DNA of 62,132 bases, the filler included. It is 5 parts of 5 records of this genome, joined end to end, with 100 filler letters (N's around TTAATTAATTAA, not from the genome) between each part and the next. Parts side by side here need not be neighbours in the genome. Positions count along the whole stretch, not along the records: positions 1 to 24,193 come from DRR723986_3521; positions 24,294 to 44,113 come from DRR723986_3525; 3 more parts are not named here. One strand, given 5' to 3'. Each line of letters opens with the position of its first letter. Position 1 is the first letter of the stretch. The notes under the pieces are model-generated. The model saw only the letters and a list, made by a program, of their open reading frames with translations. It had not been told where the DNA came from and made no database searches. The position numbers and the translations under genes are program-made. Positions 21,255 to 30,824 of this stretch are shown piece after piece.

Positions 21255-23294
21255 CTAGTGCACGTCTTTCCAGTATTCGCGGTTCAACAACCAGGCGAAG
21301 ATGGTGAAGATGGCGATGAACAGCAGCACATAGATGCCGATACGCTGGCGCTCCGCCGCTACCGGCTCAGCCGTGTACGCCAGGAAGTTTACCAGATCGT
21401 ACATTGCCGCGTCGTACTCTTCGGTAGTCATGCTGCCCTGCTCGGCGATGGAGAACTGCCCGCAGGGCGTCGCCAGAATGTCTTCGCCGGACAGCGGGTC
21501 ACGCTTGATCCCACCATTGCTTGCCTTGGCCGGGCCCATAGCGCACTCCTGCATACCCTGCAGTTCCAGCAGCACGTGAGGCATACCCACGTCCTTGAAC
21601 ACCTTGTTGTTCACACCGTAGGGACGGCTGTCGTCGCGATAGAAGGTGCGCAGGTAGGTATACAGCCACTCCGGCTGGCGCGCCCGGGAGACGAGGGTCA
21701 GGTCCGGCGGGGTGGCACCAAACCATTTCTTGGCGTTGGCCTCGTCCATGGCGTTTTCCATCAGTGAGCCGACCTTGATCGACGGATCGAACATCAGGTT
21801 GGCCATAAACAGGTCTTCCGGGATACCCAGGTCGTTCGCTACCCGGTTGTAACGGGAGTACTTCAGCGAGTGACAGGCCATGCAGTAGTTCATGTACAGC
21901 TTGGCGCCATTTTGCAGAGAGCCTTTGTTGCCCGGGTCAACGGTAATCTCGTCACAGGGCATGGAACCGCAGTTATACGCCGACTCTGCACCGACAACCT
22001 TCAACGGAATCGCCGTGAGGATCAGGATCAGGGCCAGGCCTGCAAGGGTTCCCATAAGGCCGATACCGCCATCCATGGTGACACGCTCCGGCACCGGTTT
22101 GGTCTTGTCCATCGCGGACCACACCGGCATCAGCAGGAAGAAGGCGAAGTAGAACACCGAGCAGATCTGCGCCAGCAGGGTGCGCTCGGGGGTCGGCGCT
22201 TTCACGCCCAGCACACCGAGAATCAGGAAGGAGACCACGAACAGGACCAGCATCACCTTGTTGATCATGCCGCGATAGCGCCAGGACTTAACCGGGTTGC
22301 GGTCCAGCCAGGGCAACATGAACGGGATGGCTACCGAAGCAGCGAAGGCGAGGAAGCCCCAGAACTTGTCGGGGACCGCGCGCAGCACGGAGTAGAACGG
22401 GGTGAAGTACCAGACCGGCGCAATGTGCTCCGGCGTCTTCAGCGCGTTGGCCTCCTCGAAGTTTGCGTACTCAAGGAAGAAACCACCCATTTCCGGCATG
22501 AAGAACAACACCGCACAGAAAATAAACAGGAACACGCCGATGCCTTGCAGATCGTGCACCGAGTAATACGGGTGGAAGGCAATGCCGTCCAGCGGAACGC
22601 CGTCAGGACCCTTGGTCTTCTTGATATCGACACCGTCAGGGTTGTTGGAGCCCACTTCATGCAGGGCCAAAAGGTGCAGTACGACCAGCGCCAGTAAGAC
22701 GATCGGCAGGGCGACCACGTGCAGGGCAAAGAAGCGGTTGAGGGTAATCCCGGAGATCAGGTAGTCACCGCGAATCCAGGTCACCAGGTCTTCGCCGACC
22801 ACGGGGATAGCCCCGAACAACGAGATAATCACCTGGGCGCCCCAGTAGGACATCTGGCCCCAGGGCAGCACGTAGCCCACGAAGGCTTCCGCCATCAGCA
22901 CCACGAAGATGAGCATGCCGAAGATCCAGATCAATTCCCGCGGCTTCTTGTACGACCCGTAGATCAGGGCGCGGAACATGTGCAGGTAAACCACGACAAA
23001 GAACGCCGATGCCCCTGTGGAATGCATATAGCGCAACAGCCAGCCGTACTCCACGTCGCGCATGATGTACTCAACCGAGGCAAAAGCCTCTTCTGCGCTG
23101 GGGGTATAGTTCATGGTCAGCCAGATGCCGGTCAGCAGCTGGTTCACCAGGACCAGGAGGGAAAACACCCCGAAGAAATACCACAGGTTGAAGTTCTTGG
23201 GCGCATAGTACTGGCCCATATGGGTGTTCCAGGCCCGCATGATGGGCAGGCGGGCATCCACCCAATCGCGTAAACCGATCAGAGCGTTATTCAT
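21255..23294 (-). CDS. Fused cytochrome b / cytochrome c1 (PetB-PetC)
   Basis: One 679-aa ORF: cytochrome b motifs ([21 protein letters not shown]), then a hydrophobic linker, then c1 (CMACH, PPDL, GMPHVL, C-terminal TM). Confidence 0.95.
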   Translation of the reverse strand: MNNALIGLRDWVDARLPIMRAWNTHMGQYYAPKNFNLWYFFGVFSLLVLVNQLLTGIWLTMNYTPSAEEAFASVEYIMRDVEYGWLLRYMHSTGASAFFVVVYLHMFRALIYGSYKKPRELIWIFGMLIFVVLMAEAFVGYVLPWGQMSYWGAQVIISLFGAIPVVGEDLVTWIRGDYLISGITLNRFFALHVVALPIVLLALVVLHLLALHEVGSNNPDGVDIKKTKGPDGVPLDGIAFHPYYSVHDLQGIGVFLFIFCAVLFFMPEMGGFFLEYANFEEANALKTPEHIAPVWYFTPFYSVLRAVPDKFWGFLAFAASVAIPFMLPWLDRNPVKSWRYRGMINKVMLVLFVVSFLILGVLGVKAPTPERTLLAQICSVFYFAFFLLMPVWSAMDKTKPVPERVTMDGGIGLMGTLAGLALILILTAIPLKVVGAESAYNCGSMPCDEITVDPGNKGSLQNGAKLYMNYCMACHSLKYSRYNRVANDLGIPEDLFMANLMFDPSIKVGSLMENAMDEANAKKWFGATPPDLTLVSRARQPEWLYTYLRTFYRDDSRPYGVNNKVFKDVGMPHVLLELQGMQECAMGPAKASNGGIKRDPLSGEDILATPCGQFSIAEQGSMTTEEYDAAMYDLVNFLAYTAEPVAAERQRIGIYVLLFIAIFTIFAWLLNREYWKDVH

Positions 23295-23890
23295 CAGGCT
23301 GCCTCCGTGTCCACGCCGATTACCAGGACCGATTCACTCTCGTAGGAGTGCGGCGGTACCACCAGATTGGTCGGCGCAGGAACGCCGGCATATACCCGGC
23401 CCGACAGGTCGAACTTGGAGCCGTGACAGGGGCAGAAGAAGCCGCCCAGCCAGTCGGCACCGCCGAGATCGGCCGCGCCCACTTCCGGGCGAAACTTCGG
23501 TGCGCAGCCCAGATGGGTGCACAGACCTTCGATGACCAGCAGCTCAGGACGCAGCGACCGATCGATACCGCTGATGTAGTCCGGCTGCTCGGAAATCGCC
23601 GAGTCGGGATCCTTAAGATCGCCATTCAGGCTCGCCAGCCCTTCGAGCTGCGCCTCGGTGCGATGCACGACATACACCGGCTTGCCCCGCCACTCGACCA
23701 CGACCATCTGGCCCGGTTCGAGTTTGCTGATGTCCGCCTTCACCGGCGCTCCGGCCGCCTTGGCCTTCTCCGACGGGTTCCAGGAACCGACAAACGGCAC
23801 CGCGATTCCCACCGCGCCGGCCACGCCGACAGCACTGGTGGCCGCCGTCAGGAATCGCCTCCTGCCGGTGTTTACGCCATCGCTACTCAT
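23294..23890 (-). CDS. petA: Rieske iron-sulfur subunit of the bc1 complex
   Basis: Tat motif RRRFL, CTHLGC and CPCHGS. Confidence 0.98.
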   Translation of the reverse strand: MSSDGVNTGRRRFLTAATSAVGVAGAVGIAVPFVGSWNPSEKAKAAGAPVKADISKLEPGQMVVVEWRGKPVYVVHRTEAQLEGLASLNGDLKDPDSAISEQPDYISGIDRSLRPELLVIEGLCTHLGCAPKFRPEVGAADLGGADWLGGFFCPCHGSKFDLSGRVYAGVPAPTNLVVPPHSYESESVLVIGVDTEAA

Positions 23891-24064
23891 GCAAGTCTCC
23901 CTTGAATTCCGGCCGCTATTACGACCGTGACATGACCCCGGGGGCCGGGGTTTTCAAAATGCGGCAATGGTAATGACTTTGCCCCGGCGTTACAAGTTGA
24001 ACACCTTGATTTCACTACCATTTCCACTGCACTTGTTGCCCCGCCAGCAGGCTCCGGCAGGCAT

Positions 24065-24102
24065 AAAAAAACGCCCGGCCTGAACCCAGACCGGACGCTT
24101 TT
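24065..24102 (-). terminator. Intrinsic terminator after rpsI
   Basis: Minus strand GCGTCCGGTCTG-GGTT-CAGGCCGGGCGT followed by a T-run. Confidence 0.8.
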
Positions 24103-24141
24103 GGAGTCGCAAACCACACCGCCAGCGCGGTGCAGACGGTC

Positions 24142-24193
24142 TTAACGCTTGGAGTACTGCGGGCGCTTACGCGCTTTGCGCAGACCCACTTTC
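24142..24193 (-). CDS. rpsI: 30S ribosomal protein S9, C-terminal fragment
   Basis: Translates as KVGLRKARKRPQYSKR-stop. Confidence 0.95.
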
Positions 24194-24293
24194 NNNNNNN
24201 NNNNNNNNNNNNNNNNNNNNNNNNNNNNNNNNNNNNNTTAATTAATTAANNNNNNNNNNNNNNNNNNNNNNNNNNNNNNNNNNNNNNNNNNNN
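24194..24293. other. Artificial contig linker
   Basis: N44-TTAATTAATTAA-N44 (stops in all six frames); a gene is truncated at the boundary. Confidence 0.98.
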
Positions 24294-24323
24294 ATCGGGG
24301 CCGAGATCGGGGCCGAGATCGGG
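24294..24323 (+). repeat. 12-bp tandem repeat at contig start
   Basis: ATCGGGGCCGAG x2.5, truncated by the linker. Confidence 0.85.
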
Positions 24324-24335
24324 AAGGGGTGAGAT

Positions 24336-24731
24336 ATGGCAGCCGCGCTTGTCCCTGAACTCTATGTCAGCGACCTCGATCGCAGCCTGGACTTCTATTG
24401 CGGCGTCCTGGGTTTCCGCATTGTCTATCAGCGCTCCGGAGAACGCTTTGCCTATATCGAACGGAATGGGGCAGAGCTGATGCTGGAAGAGCCTGTCGGC
24501 AGGGTCTGGCTCGCAGGACCGCTTGAGCCGCCCTATGGCCGGGGCGTCAATTTCCAGATCGAAGTTGCCGATGCCGCCGCCTTGCGGGAGGTGGCGCTCG
24601 CTGCCGGTGCGCCGCTGATCATGGATCTCGAAGATAAGACCTATCTGCGCGACGACGAACCTATTCGCGTGCGCCAATGTGTGGTGCAGGACCCGGACGG
24701 CTATCTTCTCCGCTTTTCGGAACTGGTGTGA
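24336..24731 (+). CDS. VOC/glyoxalase/bleomycin-resistance family protein
   Basis: LVPELYVSDL..SL.FY..LGF and DPDGYLLRF motifs. Confidence 0.88.
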   Translation: MAAALVPELYVSDLDRSLDFYCGVLGFRIVYQRSGERFAYIERNGAELMLEEPVGRVWLAGPLEPPYGRGVNFQIEVADAAALREVALAAGAPLIMDLEDKTYLRDDEPIRVRQCVVQDPDGYLLRFSELV

Positions 24732-24748
24732 CAGCGTAGGACTAGGCG

Positions 24749-25642
24749 ATGATTCCCGCCGAAGCGCCTGCACCGGAACTCTCTTACGCGTCCTATTTCG
24801 AGGACCCGGTAAAGCGCCGTCTGGTGCGTGTGGTGGAACGTTTTTCCGGTCAGCCGCGCCTGAAGAAACTTTACCAGCATTACCGCAAGCACCTCGCCAA
24901 TGACGTCCCCTTTTTCGAGGCCGCGATCCGCCTACTGGATCTCGACGTCCAGTTTTCCGCCTCCCGCCTTGCCGAAGTTCCGAAGGAGGGACCGCTGGTT
25001 GTGGTGGCGAACCATCCCTTCGGCGTGCTGGACGGGCTTGTCATCTGCTGGCTGGTCAGCCTACGCCGCCCGGATTTCCGGGTGCTGACCAACTCCGCCC
25101 TCGATGGGGTGCCGGAGGCGCGGGACTATCTGCTCCGCGTCGACTTCTCCGGCACGCGCGAGGCGGTGGCGGCGAATGTCACCATGCGCAAGGCCGCGCT
25201 GGATCACATCAAGGCGGGCGGCTGCGTCATCGTCTTCCCCTCGGGCGGCGTCTCCACCACGCCGCGCCCGTTCGACCGCACCGCCGTGGACGATGAGTGG
25301 AAGCCCTTCACGGCAAAGCTGATCACCCATGGCAATGCCTCGGTGACGCCCGTCTTTTTCGATGGCCAGAATTCGCGCCTCTTCCAGATGGCGAGCCATC
25401 TCTCGCTGGAGCTGCGCCTTGCGCTCGTCTTCCGTGAAGTCCGCCGCCGCATGGGCAAGTCGCTGCGCGTCGAGATCGGGCAGACCCTGTCGCCGGATGA
25501 CCTCGCCGCCGCCGGCAAGCGTCGCGGCCTGATGGAATTCCTCCGGGAGCGGACCTATGAGCTCGCCGGCCCCGCCCAGCACGCCCGCCTCGCCCGCGCT
25601 GGTGTGCGCTTCCAGCAGAAGAAGCCGAAAGTCTACAGATGA
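24749..25642 (+). CDS. Lysophospholipid acyltransferase family protein
   Basis: NHPFGVLD (HX4D) and FPSG motifs. Confidence 0.85.
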   Translation: MIPAEAPAPELSYASYFEDPVKRRLVRVVERFSGQPRLKKLYQHYRKHLANDVPFFEAAIRLLDLDVQFSASRLAEVPKEGPLVVVANHPFGVLDGLVICWLVSLRRPDFRVLTNSALDGVPEARDYLLRVDFSGTREAVAANVTMRKAALDHIKAGGCVIVFPSGGVSTTPRPFDRTAVDDEWKPFTAKLITHGNASVTPVFFDGQNSRLFQMASHLSLELRLALVFREVRRRMGKSLRVEIGQTLSPDDLAAAGKRRGLMEFLRERTYELAGPAQHARLARAGVRFQQKKPKVYR

Positions 25643-26103
25643 GCGAACTGCAAATCCTCGTCGATGCCGATGCCTGCCCGGTGAAGGAGGAGGTGTATCG
25701 CGTCGCCCTGCGCCATGAAGTGCCGGTGGTGATCGTGGCAAATTCCTATATCCGCATCCCGGAGCATCGCCTCATCTCCCGCCAGATCGTGACCGACGGG
25801 TTCGATGCTGCCGATGACTGGATCGCAGAGCAGGCGGGGGAGGCAAGCCTCGTCATTACCGCCGACATTCTCCTTGCACAGCGGGCGCTGGAGAAAGGCG
25901 CGCGTGTGCTCGGCCCGAATGGCAAACCCTTCACCGATGCCTCAATTGGGAATGCGGTCGCCGTGCGCGCGATCCATGCAGACCTTCGTGCGGGCCTCGG
26001 CGAGGGCGCGCCCAAAGGTGCCGCACCTTTCACGAAGCAGGATCGCTCCCGCTTCCTGAATGCGATCGACACCGCGCTGGTCGCCCTGAAAAAGTCGCTC
26101 TAG
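25639..26103 (+). CDS. YaiI/YqxD (UPF0178) family protein
   Basis: VDADACPVK, DAADDWI and ITADI.LA motifs. Confidence 0.92.
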   Translation: MSELQILVDADACPVKEEVYRVALRHEVPVVIVANSYIRIPEHRLISRQIVTDGFDAADDWIAEQAGEASLVITADILLAQRALEKGARVLGPNGKPFTDASIGNAVAVRAIHADLRAGLGEGAPKGAAPFTKQDRSRFLNAIDTALVALKKSL

Positions 26104-27140
26104 CGCACGGCAGGTTCGAGAAGGCGGAAGGTACCGGTATCCGCATCCAATTCGACAAGACCGCCTTCCGGCACAGTGAACTGGTCCGTCAGATGGCCGA
26201 TGAACGCGCCGGTAAAGGCGGGCACGCCGAGCGGCTTCAGGTGGTGGTCCAGCACTTCGGTCAGGGTGAAGCCGCCAATGCTGCTGCCCTGGCTGCAATC
26301 GGTGCAATTGCCGACAATCACCCCGGCAAGGCGGCCCAGAATGCCCGCCTGGCCAAGCTGGGTCAGCATCCGGTCGACCCGATAGACCGCTTCGTCGATA
26401 TCCTCGAAGAACAGGATCGCGCCGTCGAAAGAGGGCAGGTAGGGTGTGCCGACCAGCGCCGTCATTACAGTGAGGTTCCCGCCCAGCAGGCGCCCGCGCG
26501 CTTTGCCGGGCGTGATCGTCTGGGTGCGCCATTTCCGCTGCACAAGCCGGTCTTCCGTGGCAACCGGGTTCGCATAATCCGGTGTTGCGGCATCGAACAG
26601 CAGGGGTTTGAACGTTTCCAGAGATTGCTTGCCCCAGGCGGAAATTCCGACGGGACCGTGGAAGGTCAGCATGCCCGTCTTCGCATGGATCGCGAGGTGA
26701 AGCGCCGTAATGTCGCTATAGCCGATCAGCGCCTTCGGGTTCTGTCCGATGAGATCGAAATCGAGATACGGCAGGATCCGCGCCGTGCCCCAGCCGCCGC
26801 GCACGCTCATGATGGCGTTTACATCGGGATCGGCGAACATCTGGTTCACACCGTCCGCGCGGGCCTTGTCGTCGCCCGCGAAATAGCCGTCGCGGTCCAG
26901 GATGTTGTGTGCCCGTTTCGACTTCAGGCCGAGCTTGGAAAGCGCCTCCTCGATCAGCTGGATGGCGAAGGGCTCCCAGGTGGCAGAGGCCGGTTCGATC
27001 AGGCCGACTGTATCACCCGCCTTCAGCCGCGGCGGCAGGAGAACCGGCAGCCCGCCTGTCTTCGCTTGCGCCTGCGCCATTGCCTGCGGCCCCAGCGCCA
27101 GCATCGCGCTGGCCACCCCCAACAACTGTCTCCGGTTCAT
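26100..27140 (-). CDS. S66 family LD-carboxypeptidase with Tat-like signal
   Basis: RGGWG, GYSDITALH, GGNL, FFEDIDE and GH motifs; N-terminus MNRRQLL. Confidence 0.88.
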   Translation of the reverse strand: MNRRQLLGVASAMLALGPQAMAQAQAKTGGLPVLLPPRLKAGDTVGLIEPASATWEPFAIQLIEEALSKLGLKSKRAHNILDRDGYFAGDDKARADGVNQMFADPDVNAIMSVRGGWGTARILPYLDFDLIGQNPKALIGYSDITALHLAIHAKTGMLTFHGPVGISAWGKQSLETFKPLLFDAATPDYANPVATEDRLVQRKWRTQTITPGKARGRLLGGNLTVMTALVGTPYLPSFDGAILFFEDIDEAVYRVDRMLTQLGQAGILGRLAGVIVGNCTDCSQGSSIGGFTLTEVLDHHLKPLGVPAFTGAFIGHLTDQFTVPEGGLVELDADTGTFRLLEPAVR

Positions 27141-27278
27141 GGTGTCCGCATTCCCTCCTGATCGCAAAAAGTGCAGTTTAGCCAGCGTTTCTGACCGTGC
27201 CATCATTCAGCCTGTGAGCAATGCCTGAACGCCCTGTCTTGTCAGTTTTTCGGGCATTGGAGGCGGCCGGCCCATGTT

Positions 27279-27959
27279 TCAGGCCGGTTGCTGTTCGGCC
27301 GTGAGACGCGCAACCAGCGCATCGATGGACTGTTCCGCCCTGGCGAGCGAGGTCTGCAGACGATCGTCGGCAAACTCGTCATACTCCGCTGCTATCGAGT
27401 GCATCTGCGTGATACCGATATAGGCGAAGGGCGTCCGCACGCCGGGCTCGACATGGTTGCTTTTTTCAAGCCGCTCGCCGGGCTCGTACCCGAAATCGCC
27501 GCGCGAGGAGAGAACGACCAGTTGTTTGCCTGTGGGCACCATCGGCCAATAGGGGTCTCCATCGCGGCTGCGGTCAAAGCCGAAGGTCCTGCCGACGCGC
27601 ACGATGTTGTCGATATAGGCCTTGAACTGGGCCGGAACGCCGAAATTGTACATCGGCACCCCGGCGACAATTACGTCGGCAATCAGCAATTCATCGACAA
27701 GCGTATCGCTTTCGGCCAACACCTCGTGCATCCAGGCCTCACGCTGATCGGCTGGCGTGAAGGCGGAATGAATCCAGCGACCGGTCACCGGGGCCGGAGG
27801 GGTCTGTCCAACATCGCGGTAGAGGATCGTGTCGTGCGGCCGGGTCGTGCGCCAGGCCTCGACAAATTTTGCGCTCAGACGCCGGCTGTGCGAGCCGAAA
27901 CGTGTTTCGTCTGAGCAGCCGGGGCGGGCGCTGGCATCGATTTGTAGAATGGTGGCCAT
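27279..27959 (-). CDS. FMN-dependent NADH-azoreductase (AcpD/AzoR family)
   Basis: IDASAR, PMYNFGVP..KAYID..R.GRTF and SSRG motifs; AGGAGA RBS. Confidence 0.9.
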   Translation of the reverse strand: MATILQIDASARPGCSDETRFGSHSRRLSAKFVEAWRTTRPHDTILYRDVGQTPPAPVTGRWIHSAFTPADQREAWMHEVLAESDTLVDELLIADVIVAGVPMYNFGVPAQFKAYIDNIVRVGRTFGFDRSRDGDPYWPMVPTGKQLVVLSSRGDFGYEPGERLEKSNHVEPGVRTPFAYIGITQMHSIAAEYDEFADDRLQTSLARAEQSIDALVARLTAEQQPA

Positions 27960-28174
27960 GTGAATTCTCCTGGTGTCGCCGGTTCTCAGGGGCCCATTTT
28001 CCATTCACGGGGACGTTCTACAAAGGCGAGTTTCTGAGCTATGGATAAGAAAAAATCATCTGTAGACCCGACCATCACACCTCGCCAGAATTACAATATT
28101 TTTTGTAATCAGGAGAGTAATTCGAAATCCGAAATCTTGTCTGATGATGAATTTAGGCTCATGTATCGGCGAGT

Positions 28175-29053
28175 ATGCTCCACGCCATGCCTTCCCTCGT
28201 CTCGTTGCGCGCGTTCGAAGCTGCTGCCCGTCTCGGGAGCTTCAAGGACGCCGCGGACGAGCTGTCGGTTTCACCGACCGCCGTGTCGCACCACATCCGC
28301 GGACTCGAACAGGCACTCGACGTACAGCTCTTCGTGCGCGAGACGCGCGCCGTAAATCTGACCGAGACCGGGCGGCAACTATCTGAGCGACTGGCCTCCG
28401 CCTTCACTGAAATCACCGACGCGCTGAGTGAGGTCCACGCCTCCGAACATGAACTGACCGTGACGACCACCCCGGCCTTCGCTGCACTCTGGCTTGTGCC
28501 GCGAATGGAGGCGTTTCACGCGGCGCATCCCGATATTCGCTTGAGGCTCGAAACCGGCACGGTACGTGTGGATCTTGCGCGCGACCGGCGGATCGATCTG
28601 GCGATCCGGTACGGCGTCGATGAAGGGCCTTTGCTGGCGCGCGCGCTGCCACCGGAGCGGATCGGCCTCTATGGGGCGCCTGACGTGGTTGCGGCGCTTG
28701 GCGGATGCCTGAATGGCGCAACAATCCTGAGCACCGAGTGGGAACAGACGGGCCTGCCACCCATCGCGCCCGAAGCGTGGGTGGCGGCTGCGTCAGCCGA
28801 TGACGAGCCCGGACTGCGGTATTTTGAGCAGGAGCACCACGTCGCACAATGCGCGATCGCCGGGCAGGGCTTGGCCCTCATCAGCAATGTCCTTGCGGGG
28901 GATCTGACGGTGCGCGGGCTGTTGACGCCTTTCCGGCCGGACATCCAGTTGCCTGGACTCTCCTATAGCGTGCTCTGCCTGCCGGAGCGGGTTCGGGTGC
29001 GAAAGATCGCGCGCTTCATTCGCTGGCTTGAGGCGGCGTTCGATCAGGACTGA
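28175..29053 (+). CDS. LysR family regulator (GcvA-like)
   Basis: LRAFEAAARLGSF..AADEL.VSPTAVSHHIR.LE HTH and DLAIRYG; divergent from the azoreductase. Confidence 0.93.
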   Translation: MLHAMPSLVSLRAFEAAARLGSFKDAADELSVSPTAVSHHIRGLEQALDVQLFVRETRAVNLTETGRQLSERLASAFTEITDALSEVHASEHELTVTTTPAFAALWLVPRMEAFHAAHPDIRLRLETGTVRVDLARDRRIDLAIRYGVDEGPLLARALPPERIGLYGAPDVVAALGGCLNGATILSTEWEQTGLPPIAPEAWVAAASADDEPGLRYFEQEHHVAQCAIAGQGLALISNVLAGDLTVRGLLTPFRPDIQLPGLSYSVLCLPERVRVRKIARFIRWLEAAFDQD

Positions 29054-29279
29054 TCCGCGTTGGCCTGACACCGGCGGCGAAAACTGTTCCTGCAATGAAG
29101 AATGTCGAAAAATTTCAGCCATTCGAACCGAGGATGGTTCCGTGCTTAGAGGTTCATCTGGCTCTGCGTCGTCAGGGCGACGCGCTTGTCGTCTTCGCGC
29201 TTGATCCGGGGTTGGCCGTCGCGGTGAGGACGGAGCCGGCCGGCGCGGCGGCGAGCTGGTCTGGGGTCATTTCCGGGGC

Positions 29280-29324
29280 CTGTATATTGTGTGTAAATCG
29301 TCTGTATATCGTGTTCTTTATCGT
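29280..29324 (-). repeat. 45-bp element of 11-12 bp tandem units, copy A
   Basis: Minus strand ACGATAAAGAAC ACGATATACAG ACGATTTACAC ACAATATACAG; 37/45 identical to 39501-39545. Confidence 0.85.
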
Positions 29325-29434
29325 CTGGCGGGGGACTTGTCCCACCCGCTATCCACCCGGCGGGTGAGGCCAAGGCCTGCCCGCAGGGCAGCGCTCACAC
29401 TTGCCCTTAACGGCTTTCATGCTAGAGCCCGTTC

Positions 29435-30049
29435 ATGAACGGGATCACACTCCACAAGGGCGACCTGCCGGCCGGGCTCGACTTCGGCCCCCTCGTCGCC
29501 ATCGACTGCGAGGCCATGGGCCTCGACCTCCACCGGGATCACCTGACGCTGGTCCAGCTGTCGTCCGGCGACGGTACGGCGCATCTGGTGCAGCTTGGCC
29601 GGGATTATGACTGCCCGAACCTGAAGACCCTTCTGACCGATCCGAAGGTCGTGAAGATCTTCCATTACGGCCGCTACGACATCGCGATGATGCTGCGCTG
29701 GATGGGAATCACCTGCGCGCCGGTCTGGTGCACCAAGATCGCCTCGAAGCTCGCCCGCACCTACACAGACCGCCACGGCCTGAAGGATGTCGCCCGCGAA
29801 GTGGCCGGTGTCGAGCTGTCCAAGGCGCAGCAAAGCTCCGACTGGGGCAGCGCGGACCTGAGCGATGCACAGATGCAGTATGCCGCCTCCGATGTGCTGT
29901 ACCTGCACCAGATCAAGGCCGGGCTGGAAGCCATGCTGATCCGTGAGGGCCGGCTGGAAATGGCGCAGGCCTGTTTCGATTTCCTGCCCATGCGCGCCCG
30001 GCTGGACCTGTCTGGATGGGACGAGCAGGACATTTTCTCTCATAGCTGA
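29435..30049 (+). CDS. rnd: Ribonuclease D-like 3'-5' exonuclease
   Basis: AIDCE.MGL, KIFHYGRYD, QQSSDWG and YAASDV (DEDDy); upstream of lptC as in other Alphaproteobacteria. Confidence 0.9.
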   Translation: MNGITLHKGDLPAGLDFGPLVAIDCEAMGLDLHRDHLTLVQLSSGDGTAHLVQLGRDYDCPNLKTLLTDPKVVKIFHYGRYDIAMMLRWMGITCAPVWCTKIASKLARTYTDRHGLKDVAREVAGVELSKAQQSSDWGSADLSDAQMQYAASDVLYLHQIKAGLEAMLIREGRLEMAQACFDFLPMRARLDLSGWDEQDIFSHS

Positions 30050-30134
30050 CCGCTGGTCATGCCTTCGCCGCTTTTGTCATAGCAGGATCGCGTTTAAACA
30101 AATCAGCTGAGTTGCTTACAGGTTCGCCAACGGC

Positions 30135-30824
30135 ATGGACGCCGCCACACACCATGATCCCGCCTCGCTCTGGGCCCCGCGCCGCCAGCTGACGCTGGCG
30201 CAGGCCCGCAAGCGGTCGGAACGTGTGCGGATGCTGCGCATGCTGTTCGTGGCCTGCGCCGCGGTCTCGATCGGTTTTTTTGCCGGGCATGTCATAAAGA
30301 GCGCTCTGACCAGCGATTCCCGGCCGGTCAGCGTGACCAAGGACGCGTCCGTGACGATGCTGAACCCGCGCTTCACAGGGCGGGATTCCACCGGGCAAAG
30401 CTTCCAGATCACGGCAGATGCCGCCCGTCGCCGCCGCGCGGAGGACCAGGCGGTCGACCTGGTCGCCCCGGTCCTCACTGACGAGGCCGGAAGCCGGGTC
30501 AGTGCGCCGTCCGGCATGTATGACCGCGCCGCCGGCATTCTGGAACTTTATGACGATGTCAGCATCACGGACGCGTCAGGCTACACCTTCGTGTCGACGG
30601 GGGCGCGGGTATATGTCGGGGAAGGCCGGGTCGAGGGCCTGTCGCCGCTGCAGGGGAAAGGTCCCCTTGGCGACATCCGCTGCGACTCGTATGAAGTTCT
30701 GGAAGACGGCAACCGCATTGTCTGTGCAGGCAATGTGCGTACGGTCATATATCCGGCGCCCGCAGAAGAGGCGCTGACTGAAATGGAAACGACGGGTGAA
30801 GGTGATACGGATGGCTCGAACTAG
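30135..30824 (+). CDS. lptC: LPS export protein LptC
   Basis: One TM, M.NPRFTGRD, beta-jellyroll pattern; synteny with lptA and lptB. Confidence 0.85.
   Translation: MDAATHHDPASLWAPRRQLTLAQARKRSERVRMLRMLFVACAAVSIGFFAGHVIKSALTSDSRPVSVTKDASVTMLNPRFTGRDSTGQSFQITADAARRRRAEDQAVDLVAPVLTDEAGSRVSAPSGMYDRAAGILELYDDVSITDASGYTFVSTGARVYVGEGRVEGLSPLQGKGPLGDIRCDSYEVLEDGNRIVCAGNVRTVIYPAPAEEALTEMETTGEGDTDGSN

Noticed and set aside
22400-22420. PVWY instead of PEWY at the cytochrome b Qo site
   Set aside because: PVWY is the common variant in beta- and gammaproteobacteria
24238-24249. TTAATTAATTAA repeated four times in the window as a possible biological motif (e.g. CtrA site)
   Set aside because: Always centred in N-runs of identical length, so it is a synthetic six-frame-stop linker
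29172-29270. 32-codon minus-strand ORF (MTPDQLAAAPAG...) next to repeat copy A
   Set aside because: Low complexity, no clear RBS, and no counterpart beside copy B
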